In this document: piece by piece, positions 8,511 to 17,109 of the stretch
Numbering within the stretch: position 1 is the first letter of the stretch
Layout of the letters: each line of letters starts with the position of its first letter
From: Hyphomicrobiales bacterium
Lineage (GTDB): Bacteria; Pseudomonadota; Alphaproteobacteria; Rhizobiales; JAJFHB01
Assembly: GCA_021775625.1 (NCBI GenBank)
Contig: JAJFHM010000115.1
Coordinates: 1 to 49,407, forward strand
Length of the DNA stretch: 49,407 bases
Direction of reading: 5' to 3'
The notes under the pieces: generated by a model
Databases searched by the model: none
Told to the model about the DNA's origin: nothing
The model's input: the letters and a program-made list of their open reading frames with translations, nothing else
Program-made: the position numbers and the translations under genes

Positions 8511-10892
8511 ATGCGCCCAATCAAAGCTTCAGTCATAGCGTGTCTTTCGCTTGGAGGAGCGGTGTGTCTTTACGCCGCCGATCTGATGCCGACGACTGAT
8601 AACGCTCAAGCCGGCGAAGAAATGTCGAACACGGCACAAGACAAACCTCAGCCCACAGGTGAGGATGCGCTCGCGGCACGGCTCCGTGCGTTCCTCGAAA
8701 CAAAGGAAAGCACCTCCAAGAAGGGCGACCTCAAGAGCTCTGAAGATGACGCTGCTTCCACGCCTGCTGCGGTCGAGACCGAGACGGACGACGACGCGTT
8801 GGACGCGGCAGTAGATCCAGAAGACATGGTTGAGGACGATGCTGAGGAAAGCGAAGAGGCATTGCTTGGTGAAGAGGCCGATGAAGATACGTCGGCCGAT
8901 GAAACAGCATCTGAAGACGCCGACGACGAAGAGGGTTTGCTCGCCGACGATACGGTGTCCGAAGAGACAGATAGCGACGAAGACTTGCTCGCGGACGATA
9001 CGGAAACGGAAGCAACTGAAGATGACACCGAACTGTCGGACTTGCCTGACGACGAGGACGACACCGAGGAGGACACAAACACCGAAAAGGCCGACGTTGA
9101 GGACGACAAGAAAGACAAGACGGTCACCGCGGACGCCGAACATCTGAACCTGTTTCTGGAAAACCGCTACCCGTCCGCCAACACATGCGGCGTGTGTCAC
9201 CCCAAGCACTATGACGAATGGTCGGTGTCGCAACATGCCTACGCGCAGATGAGCCCGGTCTATCTTTCCTTGAACAACCGGATCAACGAACTCTCCAACG
9301 GCTCGAATGGCGACTTCTGCCTGCGCTGCCACAGCCCGGTCGGCGCCAATCTTGGCGAAAGTTCCTTCATGTCCAATCTGGACCGGCACCCGACATCGCG
9401 CGAAGGCATTACCTGTGTCGTGTGCCACCGCATCAGCAAGGCATACAACAAGGCAAGTGGCCGGCTTGCGCTCGTCGAAGGCGGGTTGACCGACCCGGTG
9501 TTCGGGCCGACCGGCAATGACGGGCTGCAGGAGGTTCTGGCCAAACCGGAAACCTTCCGCGTCGTGACCGACCCCGACGAACCCGGACGCCAGATTCACG
9601 GCGAAGCGAAACTTTTCGATCCCATCACGACGCCGACGTTCTGCGGCTCATGCCACGACGTGACATTGTTCAACGGATTCCGGCTTGAAGAGGCGTTCAG
9701 CGAGTACCGCGTGTCGCCGGCAGCGGCCGAAGGCATCACCTGCCAGGATTGCCATATGGGCAAGGTGCAGGGCAAACCGTCGGGTTACGAGCAGGGCCCC
9801 GCAGCGATCGTCGGCGATGTCCCGACCAAGATCCGCAAGATCACCAGCCATCTGTTCTCCGGGCCGGATTATTCTCTTATTCATCCGGGCATTTTTCCGC
9901 ACAACGCGGAAGCCGCAGAGTTCAAGACGCTGCGCGAATGGTTGCAATTCAAGCACAAGGAAGGCTGGGGCACGGACAAGTTTGAGAATTCAGCGCCGGA
10001 CAATTACAAATTCCCGGAAACCTGGACTTCGATCGACGACCGCTACGATGCCCGCGAGATTCTCAACAAGCAGTTTGAGAAGCTGGAGCTGGCCCGCAAG
10101 AAGCGGTTGGAAATCCTCCGCATCGGCTTCCTTCTGGGCGATGTGGTTCCCGAACGCGCCAGCGAGAACGGCCTCTCGTTCCGGGTTCAGGTCAAAAACG
10201 GGACCAATGGCCACAACGTCCCCACCGGCTTCACCGGAGAACGCGTCATCTGGCTCGACGTCACCGTAACTGATGCCGAAGACAGCGTTGTTTTCCGGTC
10301 CGGCGACCGTGACAAGAATGGCGACCTGAAAGACGGGCACTCGTCATATGTCCATGCCGGCAAGGTCAAACGCGACAAGTATCTGTTCTCTTTGCAGTCG
10401 ACCTTTGTGGTGCAGAACGGACGTGGCGGTGAACTCGAACAGGTTATCCCGATCCCCTACCCGTCCTTTGCATTGCCGCGGGTTCTGCCATCTCCCAATT
10501 CGCTTATCTTCACTGGTGAGCCGGCGACCGAGCGCAATCACAAGAAGGGCATCGAACCCCTGGGCGAACGCTGGGCCTCTTACAAGGTCAGCCGCAACCA
10601 GCTGACCGGGAAAGGGCCGTACAAGGCGACCGTGAAACTGCGGGCGCAGGCGGTACCGGTCAACCTGCTGATCGCGATGCAGAATGTCGGCTTCGACTTC
10701 GGCATGACGCCAGCCCAACTTGGCAGAGAACTGGTTGCCGGGACACAGACGTTGTGGACGAAGGAGCTGACGTTCGATGTTGCGTCTTCGCTCACTCCGG
10801 TCGCAGCAACCACGTTCGATGCCAAGCCGGATGGCCCGATCAGCATCATCCCGACCCACCGCGCCAAAAAAAGCGAAATCGAACTCAAGTAA
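8511..10892 (+). CDS. Secreted pentahaem c-type cytochrome with a long N-terminal D/E-rich tract and a haem-free C-terminal domain
   Basis: Signal peptide MRPIKASVIACLSLGGAVCLYA. Five CxxCH motifs (CGVCH, CLRCH, CVVCH, CGSCH, CQDCH). Acidic tract at about residues 77-199. C-terminal ~330 aa have no haem motif (GHNVPTGFTGE...). AGGGGAGA lies upstream of the ATG. Confidence 0.85.
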   Translation: MRPIKASVIACLSLGGAVCLYAADLMPTTDNAQAGEEMSNTAQDKPQPTGEDALAARLRAFLETKESTSKKGDLKSSEDDAASTPAAVETETDDDALDAAVDPEDMVEDDAEESEEALLGEEADEDTSADETASEDADDEEGLLADDTVSEETDSDEDLLADDTETEATEDDTELSDLPDDEDDTEEDTNTEKADVEDDKKDKTVTADAEHLNLFLENRYPSANTCGVCHPKHYDEWSVSQHAYAQMSPVYLSLNNRINELSNGSNGDFCLRCHSPVGANLGESSFMSNLDRHPTSREGITCVVCHRISKAYNKASGRLALVEGGLTDPVFGPTGNDGLQEVLAKPETFRVVTDPDEPGRQIHGEAKLFDPITTPTFCGSCHDVTLFNGFRLEEAFSEYRVSPAAAEGITCQDCHMGKVQGKPSGYEQGPAAIVGDVPTKIRKITSHLFSGPDYSLIHPGIFPHNAEAAEFKTLREWLQFKHKEGWGTDKFENSAPDNYKFPETWTSIDDRYDAREILNKQFEKLELARKKRLEILRIGFLLGDVVPERASENGLSFRVQVKNGTNGHNVPTGFTGERVIWLDVTVTDAEDSVVFRSGDRDKNGDLKDGHSSYVHAGKVKRDKYLFSLQSTFVVQNGRGGELEQVIPIPYPSFALPRVLPSPNSLIFTGEPATERNHKKGIEPLGERWASYKVSRNQLTGKGPYKATVKLRAQAVPVNLLIAMQNVGFDFGMTPAQLGRELVAGTQTLWTKELTFDVASSLTPVAATTFDAKPDGPISIIPTHRAKKSEIELK

Positions 10893-11004
10893 CCACGCGC
10901 ATCCAACCCCAACGGACAGCATTCAGGCTGTCCGACGGGGCGGCCGCGTCACAGATTTTCCCGCCAGTTTGGTGGGCCCAGATCCAGAAGGATATCGCAG
11001 AGCC

Positions 11005-12630
11005 ATGAAAAGAAAGAACGGCCGAAGCTTTGTGCATCACACCTCAATTGTATTGGCTACAGCGGGCATGGTGCTGTGTATTTCCGGCATCGCGACCGCC
11101 GGCGCATCCGAAAGCGAAACCGAACCATGGTACAGCTGGTTCTGGCCGCTCGGTGAAAAGCAGGAAGTCGAGGAACTCAAGGACGAATATGTTCCGTTCC
11201 GGACTGAACGCGGCTCCACGCCCACACAAACCGAGGACGGCGAAACCACCATCACGGCGGAGAGCACCTGGTACTCAACCTTGTTCTCGCAAGGCGGAGA
11301 TCAAGACCGGCTCAAGGAAGACTTCAAACCTCTGGATACGTCCACGCGCAACCTGCCGCCGAGACCGACACTGTTCGCGGAAATAGGCGACGGGTTCCTC
11401 GATACCGGTCAGCTGGATGCGGGCTTTGAGGTTCCCGTCCTGGGCGCTGTCTGGCAGCCAAGGCTGTGGTCCTACTTCATTTATCGGACGGCGATCCAGT
11501 CCTTCGACAATGGCGCCCCTGGCGTCGAACGTGAGACCGAGTGGGCGCATCGTCTTGACCTGTTCGTCAATCTGCAGCTGACCGGCACAGAAAAGGTCGT
11601 GCTCGGGCTCCGGCCGTTTGACAACAATCGGCCGAACCAGTTCACCAGATACACCTTCTCCGGGATCAATGAAGGCTTCAACGATGAGTTCAACTACATT
11701 CCCGAAACTCTGTTCTTCGAAGGCGATCTGGGCAGCCTGTTTCCGGTGTTCGACCGGCGCGGTGTAATCCCGCTCGACTTCGGCTTCACGGTCGGGCGCC
11801 AGCCGATCACCTTTCAGGAAGGCATCCTGATCAACGACACAGTCGATGCGTTCGGCCTTATCCGCAACAATATCCCGGTTCCAGGGTTTTCCAATTTCCG
11901 CGTCTCTGGCATGTGGGCGTGGAACCGCCTCGACCGCAACGACATCGCCCGCAACTCGGATGAAGACATGTTCGCGCTGTTCGCCGCCGCGGACGGCCAC
12001 GTCAGCACCTACAATCTGGATATGATTTACGTTCGCGACGATGGCAATGGAGATGGCTTTTACGTCGGCGCATCCGCTATCCAGCGCATCGCCGCCCTCG
12101 ATGGAATGAGCACCGCATTCCGGGTCAATGCCTCCTTCGCACTGGAAGACGAAATCGCGGGAAACCCCGGCAATACTGTTGGTGACGGTGTTCTGCTGAC
12201 GGCGGAATTCTCCAAACATCCGCATGGTTCAGACGACATCGTTTACTTCAATCCGTTCCTCGCCATCGGCAATTTCACCCAGGCCGGACGCGAGCCGGTG
12301 GTCGGCGGCCCGCTGGCCAACACCGGCATACTGTTCGCCTCGCCCGCGCTGGCAAACTACGGGGCCGAACTCAATCCGTTTACCGATGACGACGTCGGCG
12401 CCGCCTTCGGCTACCAGGCATTCTGGGACAACAACCGCCGCAACCTGATCCTCGAGATCGCCGGCAAGCACAGCTATTCCGGTCAGGGCTTCGACACGCT
12501 CGGCTTCGGGCTGCAGTTGCAGCAGGCGGTTGGCCGGCACGTGCAGCTAACGTTCGAGGCCTTCTATGCCCTCAACGAAGACCGCGGCGACGGCGCAGGC
12601 GCCCGCGCGGAAGTACAGGTCGTGTACTGA
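11005..12630 (+). CDS. Outer-membrane beta-barrel (porin-like) protein
   Basis: Signal peptide (MKRKNGRSFVHHTSIVLATAGMVLCISGIATAGA), alternating hydrophobic beta-strand patterning throughout, and a C-terminal ...ARAEVQVVY with an aromatic last residue, typical of BAM substrates. Start set at the ATG at 11005; the track ORF from 10777 is over-extended. Confidence 0.7.
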   Translation: MKRKNGRSFVHHTSIVLATAGMVLCISGIATAGASESETEPWYSWFWPLGEKQEVEELKDEYVPFRTERGSTPTQTEDGETTITAESTWYSTLFSQGGDQDRLKEDFKPLDTSTRNLPPRPTLFAEIGDGFLDTGQLDAGFEVPVLGAVWQPRLWSYFIYRTAIQSFDNGAPGVERETEWAHRLDLFVNLQLTGTEKVVLGLRPFDNNRPNQFTRYTFSGINEGFNDEFNYIPETLFFEGDLGSLFPVFDRRGVIPLDFGFTVGRQPITFQEGILINDTVDAFGLIRNNIPVPGFSNFRVSGMWAWNRLDRNDIARNSDEDMFALFAAADGHVSTYNLDMIYVRDDGNGDGFYVGASAIQRIAALDGMSTAFRVNASFALEDEIAGNPGNTVGDGVLLTAEFSKHPHGSDDIVYFNPFLAIGNFTQAGREPVVGGPLANTGILFASPALANYGAELNPFTDDDVGAAFGYQAFWDNNRRNLILEIAGKHSYSGQGFDTLGFGLQLQQAVGRHVQLTFEAFYALNEDRGDGAGARAEVQVVY

Positions 12631-12681
12631 GCAAACCAAACCCGGTCACATTGACGAAAAGCGATACAGAAAGACAAAGAC

Positions 12682-13971
12682 ATGACGACATCCACAATCG
12701 CGGAAATTGGCGGACTGATGATTATCGCAGCCGTCACCCTTCAATTGCTGATGGGCCTCAGGGCCATGCGGGCACGCGCCTCCGAGCGCGGCCGGCATGG
12801 GTCTGCGATCACAGAGTTTAGCGTAGAACCAGCCGGACGGCCGGAGACCGCCACAACGTCGAACAGTGTTGAAACCGTTCTGTGGATGGGGAAAAGAAAG
12901 TTCCGCATTGCCAGGCGGATGTATGAAAACGAATCTCAGGACATCTGTTCTTACTATCTGGTGCCGCTGGACGAACGGGCCTTGCCCGGCTTTCGCCCGG
13001 GACAATTCCTGACCTTCGAGTTGCCGGTTCATGAGCAAGAGCATCCCGCGATGCGATGCTACTCTCTCTCGGAAAGCCCGACGGTGGATGAATATTACCG
13101 TATCTCGGTCAAGCGGTTGCCGGCTCCGGCAAACGCGCCTGAAAACACCCCGCCAGGCTTGTCATCCGGTTTTTTTCACGATGTTGCCCTTGAGGGCGAC
13201 ATCGTCGAAACGTTTGCTCCCACGGGCCAGTTCTGTCTCGATCAAGGCTCGAACCGTCCGGTTGTCCTGATCGCGGGAGGCGTTGGCCTGACACCTCTTT
13301 TGAGCATGCTGAACTGGCTCATCGACACTCGATCCGAGCGCGAGATCTGGCTGTTCTATGGGGTGCGGAACAGGTCCGACCACATTATGTATGACCACCT
13401 GAAGCGGGTGCGAAAAGAATGCCCGAACGTCAACATGTACATCTCCTACTCGCAGCCGACGCCAAACTGCCGGCCACGCGTTGACTACAATGTCCACGGG
13501 CACATAACAGTCGATCTCATACAATCTGTGCTGGGTGGCGATCAGTACGAATTTTACCTTTGCGGCCCAGCGGCCATGATGAATTCAATCCGGTCTGGCC
13601 TGACGGAGTGGGGCGTGCCGGCAGACGATATCCGCTCGGAAGCCTTTCAGGCACCCGCGCCTTCAAAACAGACATCCGTGGCCGACGGGACGATCGAGAC
13701 TGACGAGGAGCCAGGGGCATTTGAAGTAAAGTTCTCCCGCTCAGGCCGCATCCTGCGCTGGAACAAAGGCGTCGACACATTGCTCGAACTTGCCGAATCC
13801 AACGGTATCAAGATGCCCTGCAGCTGCCGTTCCGGGAACTGTGGTACGTGTCTCACGAGGCTCACCCAGGGAACCGTCGATTATGTTCACCCGCCGAGCA
13901 AGGAACATGAAGACGGCTCCTGCCTGCCCTGCATCGCGCGGCCGAAATCAGACCTCGTGCTCGATCTGTGA
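12682..13971 (+). CDS. Membrane-anchored ferredoxin-NAD(P)H reductase-type flavoprotein with a C-terminal plant-type [2Fe-2S] domain
   Basis: N-terminal TM helix (IAEIGGLMIIAAVTLQLLMGL) followed by a basic stretch, FAD motif RCYSLSESP, NAD(P) motif GGVGLTPLLSM, and a C-terminal C-x4-C-x2-C...C (CRSGNCGTC...CLPC). Confidence 0.85.
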   Translation: MTTSTIAEIGGLMIIAAVTLQLLMGLRAMRARASERGRHGSAITEFSVEPAGRPETATTSNSVETVLWMGKRKFRIARRMYENESQDICSYYLVPLDERALPGFRPGQFLTFELPVHEQEHPAMRCYSLSESPTVDEYYRISVKRLPAPANAPENTPPGLSSGFFHDVALEGDIVETFAPTGQFCLDQGSNRPVVLIAGGVGLTPLLSMLNWLIDTRSEREIWLFYGVRNRSDHIMYDHLKRVRKECPNVNMYISYSQPTPNCRPRVDYNVHGHITVDLIQSVLGGDQYEFYLCGPAAMMNSIRSGLTEWGVPADDIRSEAFQAPAPSKQTSVADGTIETDEEPGAFEVKFSRSGRILRWNKGVDTLLELAESNGIKMPCSCRSGNCGTCLTRLTQGTVDYVHPPSKEHEDGSCLPCIARPKSDLVLDL

Positions 13972-13998
13972 AATACGTGCCGCGGCGCTGTAGTCCCG

Positions 13999-16293
13999 TT
14001 ACCTGGGAACTTTGGTGTTCATGATCGGAGCCGTCACCCCGTCTACATGGTAGTCATGACACGTCAGGCAGCCATCATTTGCGGCGTCCGCCGTGTGACA
14101 GGCCGTGCAGACGTCTTTGCCCACGGGTTTGAAATTGGACGCGAAGGTCAAGGGATCGTAATCTTCGAAACCCTTTTGATAGGCTGCGGTCTGATCCAGC
14201 TGATGGCAGCTCAAACAACCTTTTTTATCGGGAAAGCCGAAATGCGGTTCATGCATGAACCGCGTGAAGCGGCCCAATTTGGCGGCCGATGTCGCCGTCC
14301 CCCAATTCACCTGCCGGGCGTCGGCGTTGTCTGCATCAATACTGTGGCACTTCGTGCACTGGCCTTGAGCATTCTTGTCGGTCAACACCGAAAACACGGC
14401 AGTTGCGGCAGGCGATGAACGCCCTGCGGACAGGTCGAACCACGCTTTAAAGAAAGTGTCGGCATGACCCACCGGCTTGTAGAGAACGGAATATTCCTGG
14501 CGGTACCAACCGCCGAACTCGGCCCAGGTCTGGGCGTCGACATTCAGAGGAGAGGCTGCGGGTTCCTCCTCGACGTCGTCCTCCTCAGATGAAACCTCCT
14601 CGCCGCTCGCCGTGTCGTCTGAAGCGGCCTCCTCCAGATCGTCGCCGTCGTCTTCGGACAGGATATCGGCGTCATCGTCTGTATCGGTACTGTCATCATC
14701 CGCGGTTGCGGCACTATCGGGGTCCTGTCCCGCGGTGGGTTCGCCAAGACCCGACAATTCGGTTCTGAACAAAGCGTCGGTCGAGTCCACCGCGCGGGCA
14801 AGATCACCCGCATCAATAGGGCGATGCGCCATCAATTCCGCTTCAACATCGGGCAACCAGTCGCGGATGGCGCCTGCGACCACGTCACGGGGCAGACTTG
14901 CGGTCAGCCTGGTGAGGGTGTCCGGGGCCATATTTCCGGCGTTATCAAAGCGCTTGAGCACCATGCTCGGTCTGACCGCCGAAAGCGCGTAGATCAGGGT
15001 CTTTATTTCCCAGGCAAACCACTCGACCGCGCGAAGCTCGCTCTCCGACGCCCCGTTCAGGTTCAAAAGATCCAGTTCGTTCACCAAGGCCAGCAAGGCC
15101 CTGCGATCTTCGTTCCAGCCGAGCAGCATGGTCGCAAACGGCGTTACGTTCGCTTCGGAGGCTTCCGGCCATTTTCCAACGTCAATGTTCCTGTCCGCGA
15201 GGGTTTGGACGTCGAGACCGGGAAGTGTGAGAAACTCAATACCCTGCGGCCCTGAAAGCCGTTCAGTGCCGGCAATCTGGTGCAGGTGACAGGAAGAACA
15301 GACCGTCTCGAACGGTTTGACGTTCATGTTCTTCTTGTCGGCGGCGAGCGTGTGGCAATCTGCGCAGGCCTCGGGAACCTGCTGAGATTGATCCTTCCTG
15401 GCGCGGGTCTTCTCGAAATGCTCTCCGAAGTGAGAGGCATGATCGAAGTTCGTCCGGGTGCGGCGGGCAAAAGGGTACTTGCGAAAACCGGGGTGCCCAT
15501 CCTCAAAGCTTGTGAACTGCGCTGCATGGCAGCCCTGACACCGATCTGCTGAAACCGCCGAAAGATCGGCAGCCACGCCACGGTGTTCCTTGTGACAGGA
15601 GGCGCAGAAAATACCATCCCCCACCGCTCTCGCAGTTGGGAATACCGCGTTGCCGACCCAACGCGACCAGGGGGTGCCTGTGGCGGTTTGCCCGGAACGG
15701 TTCCGGTCGGTCAGCGCTTTCAGCTTGTCCAGAGGCTGGCCGTGTGGTTGCAGAGCGTCTGTACTGAGCTGATGGCAGGACAGGCAGGCCTTGCTGTCTT
15801 GGCGTTCTGACGACGGCTTCACAATGGCATGGAGCCAGGCAAACCCTCCTTCAGTGATGTTTGAATGACAGGTGCCGCACTCTGCAATCGGGCTGTGCCC
15901 GGCGTGCATCGGACCAGGCACGATGATCATGGCGTCGCCGGCATAGGTCAATGCCAGCACGAATACTGCGAAAATCAGCGCCGCAGTCCAGCGTGTCACG
16001 GCAGTGCGCACTGACCGCAGGCTCCGGATCGGTCGGCACGGAAGTATGGCATGGGCACACATGCCGTCCTCACCCGGCCCCTCGGGACACGGCCCTCCCC
16101 TTGATGCCGGGCGGCGACACCGCCAGCGCTCGGCTGCCATTGCCGGCACGCACTCGAATGTCGCCTGGCATCCGCCGCGGTGATCGGGGCCCATGGGACA
16201 GGCGCGGCCCGCAGCCGACCTGCCGCAAATCCACTTGTCGTCGGATCTGCCGAACAAACCACCGCCGGTGATTGAGCCAAAGGAGAACGTCAA
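13999..16293 (-). CDS. Membrane-anchored decahaem c-type cytochrome with an N-terminal Cys-rich module and an internal acidic linker
   Basis: Ten CxxCH motifs: six in residues ~139-336 and four in ~646-746. TM/signal-anchor RWTAALIFAVFVLALTYAG. D/E linker at about 524-578. TTG start 3 nt after the upstream stop. An alternative ATG at residue 78 would remove the Cys-rich part. Confidence 0.8.
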   Translation of the reverse strand: MTFSFGSITGGGLFGRSDDKWICGRSAAGRACPMGPDHRGGCQATFECVPAMAAERWRCRRPASRGGPCPEGPGEDGMCAHAILPCRPIRSLRSVRTAVTRWTAALIFAVFVLALTYAGDAMIIVPGPMHAGHSPIAECGTCHSNITEGGFAWLHAIVKPSSERQDSKACLSCHQLSTDALQPHGQPLDKLKALTDRNRSGQTATGTPWSRWVGNAVFPTARAVGDGIFCASCHKEHRGVAADLSAVSADRCQGCHAAQFTSFEDGHPGFRKYPFARRTRTNFDHASHFGEHFEKTRARKDQSQQVPEACADCHTLAADKKNMNVKPFETVCSSCHLHQIAGTERLSGPQGIEFLTLPGLDVQTLADRNIDVGKWPEASEANVTPFATMLLGWNEDRRALLALVNELDLLNLNGASESELRAVEWFAWEIKTLIYALSAVRPSMVLKRFDNAGNMAPDTLTRLTASLPRDVVAGAIRDWLPDVEAELMAHRPIDAGDLARAVDSTDALFRTELSGLGEPTAGQDPDSAATADDDSTDTDDDADILSEDDGDDLEEAASDDTASGEEVSSEEDDVEEEPAASPLNVDAQTWAEFGGWYRQEYSVLYKPVGHADTFFKAWFDLSAGRSSPAATAVFSVLTDKNAQGQCTKCHSIDADNADARQVNWGTATSAAKLGRFTRFMHEPHFGFPDKKGCLSCHQLDQTAAYQKGFEDYDPLTFASNFKPVGKDVCTACHTADAANDGCLTCHDYHVDGVTAPIMNTKVPR

Positions 16294-16296
16294 GGC

Positions 16297-17109
16297 TTAA
16301 GGCACTCCCGCGGTGTAGGCGTAAATGACGGCGACGTGGAGCACGGCAAGCACGATCATTCCGTAGGTCGCAGGGATATGGACGAACAACCAGAGCCGCA
16401 GCAGCAGCTCATATGCATATCGGTTGTTCAGTGTGTTCTTCTCTGTAAGCACCTCCCGCATAGCCTGCATGGTTTGCTTGCCGCCATCGTCGAGACGTTT
16501 TTCAAGGCTGTCCATCTCCTCGCACAGGCGCCTGAACGTGGAAGGCGAACGCCGAAAAAGCCCAACGGTGCTGCTTGGGCCATTGAGAAATCCGGATAAC
16601 GTGTTGGCGTAGAAGTCGGTGATGCTCGGCGATGCGGCAACGCCTCCCACCCCCAGCACCAAGTCGTCGGCACGCTGCAGCAATTCAGTTTGCGCTGCCG
16701 GAAAATCATCAAAGGCAGTTCCGCCCCGGTTCTGTTCCAACTTTGACGGAACGCTGCGTGTCAGGTAGGCGCCGAATACGCCGCTCACAGCCAGGATCAC
16801 GAACAGTGCCCACAGTGCGGTTTCGAATATACCGGTCGGCCAGGCATATTGAGTGTGCAACGCAAACGCGGCCAGCAGGAAGAAACCTGCATAGATGTGC
16901 GCCCGCATCCACGACGACACATTGCCCAGGGGCAGCAGCGGGAACTTCCGGCGCAGGCTGAACAGCACTTGAACCCCACACCCCAGGAGCAGAATCCAAC
17001 CATCCAGAAAGCGCGCATCGCGCAGCGAAGCGTCGTAAACGCCGACCAGCCAGAACATCGCCGCAACGGCGAGAGCGGTCAGCAGGCTGTGTCGTATGAG
17101 ATCGCGCAT
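16297..17109 (-). CDS. Integral membrane protein (about 5 TM) with two H-x13-H pairs; candidate dihaem b-type cytochrome
   Basis: Hydrophobic helices; HIYAGFFLLAAFALH and HIPATYGMIVLAVLH sit on two helices predicted to run in the same direction; a ~120-aa soluble loop lies between TM4 and TM5. ATG at 17107-17109 is preceded by GGAG. The gene overlaps the upstream gene by about 31 nt. Confidence 0.65.
   Translation of the reverse strand: MRDLIRHSLLTALAVAAMFWLVGVYDASLRDARFLDGWILLLGCGVQVLFSLRRKFPLLPLGNVSSWMRAHIYAGFFLLAAFALHTQYAWPTGIFETALWALFVILAVSGVFGAYLTRSVPSKLEQNRGGTAFDDFPAAQTELLQRADDLVLGVGGVAASPSITDFYANTLSGFLNGPSSTVGLFRRSPSTFRRLCEEMDSLEKRLDDGGKQTMQAMREVLTEKNTLNNRYAYELLLRLWLFVHIPATYGMIVLAVLHVAVIYAYTAGVP

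Noticed and set aside
8739-9107. Possible DNA-level tandem repeat or VNTR underlying the acidic tract
   Set aside because: Only loose peptide-level reiteration (LLADDT...) is visible and I could not find an exact or regular nucleotide period. I treat it as compositional low complexity, not a repeat feature.
8529-9599. 356-aa minus-strand ORF and several 60-160-aa ORFs (for example 8648-9127 and 8731-9078) overlapping the pentahaem gene
   Set aside because: These are antisense shadows of a clearly coding plus-strand gene in high-GC DNA. Their translations are low-complexity (poly-S/V/R) with no motifs. The same reasoning applies to most short track ORFs nested in or opposite the annotated genes throughout the window.
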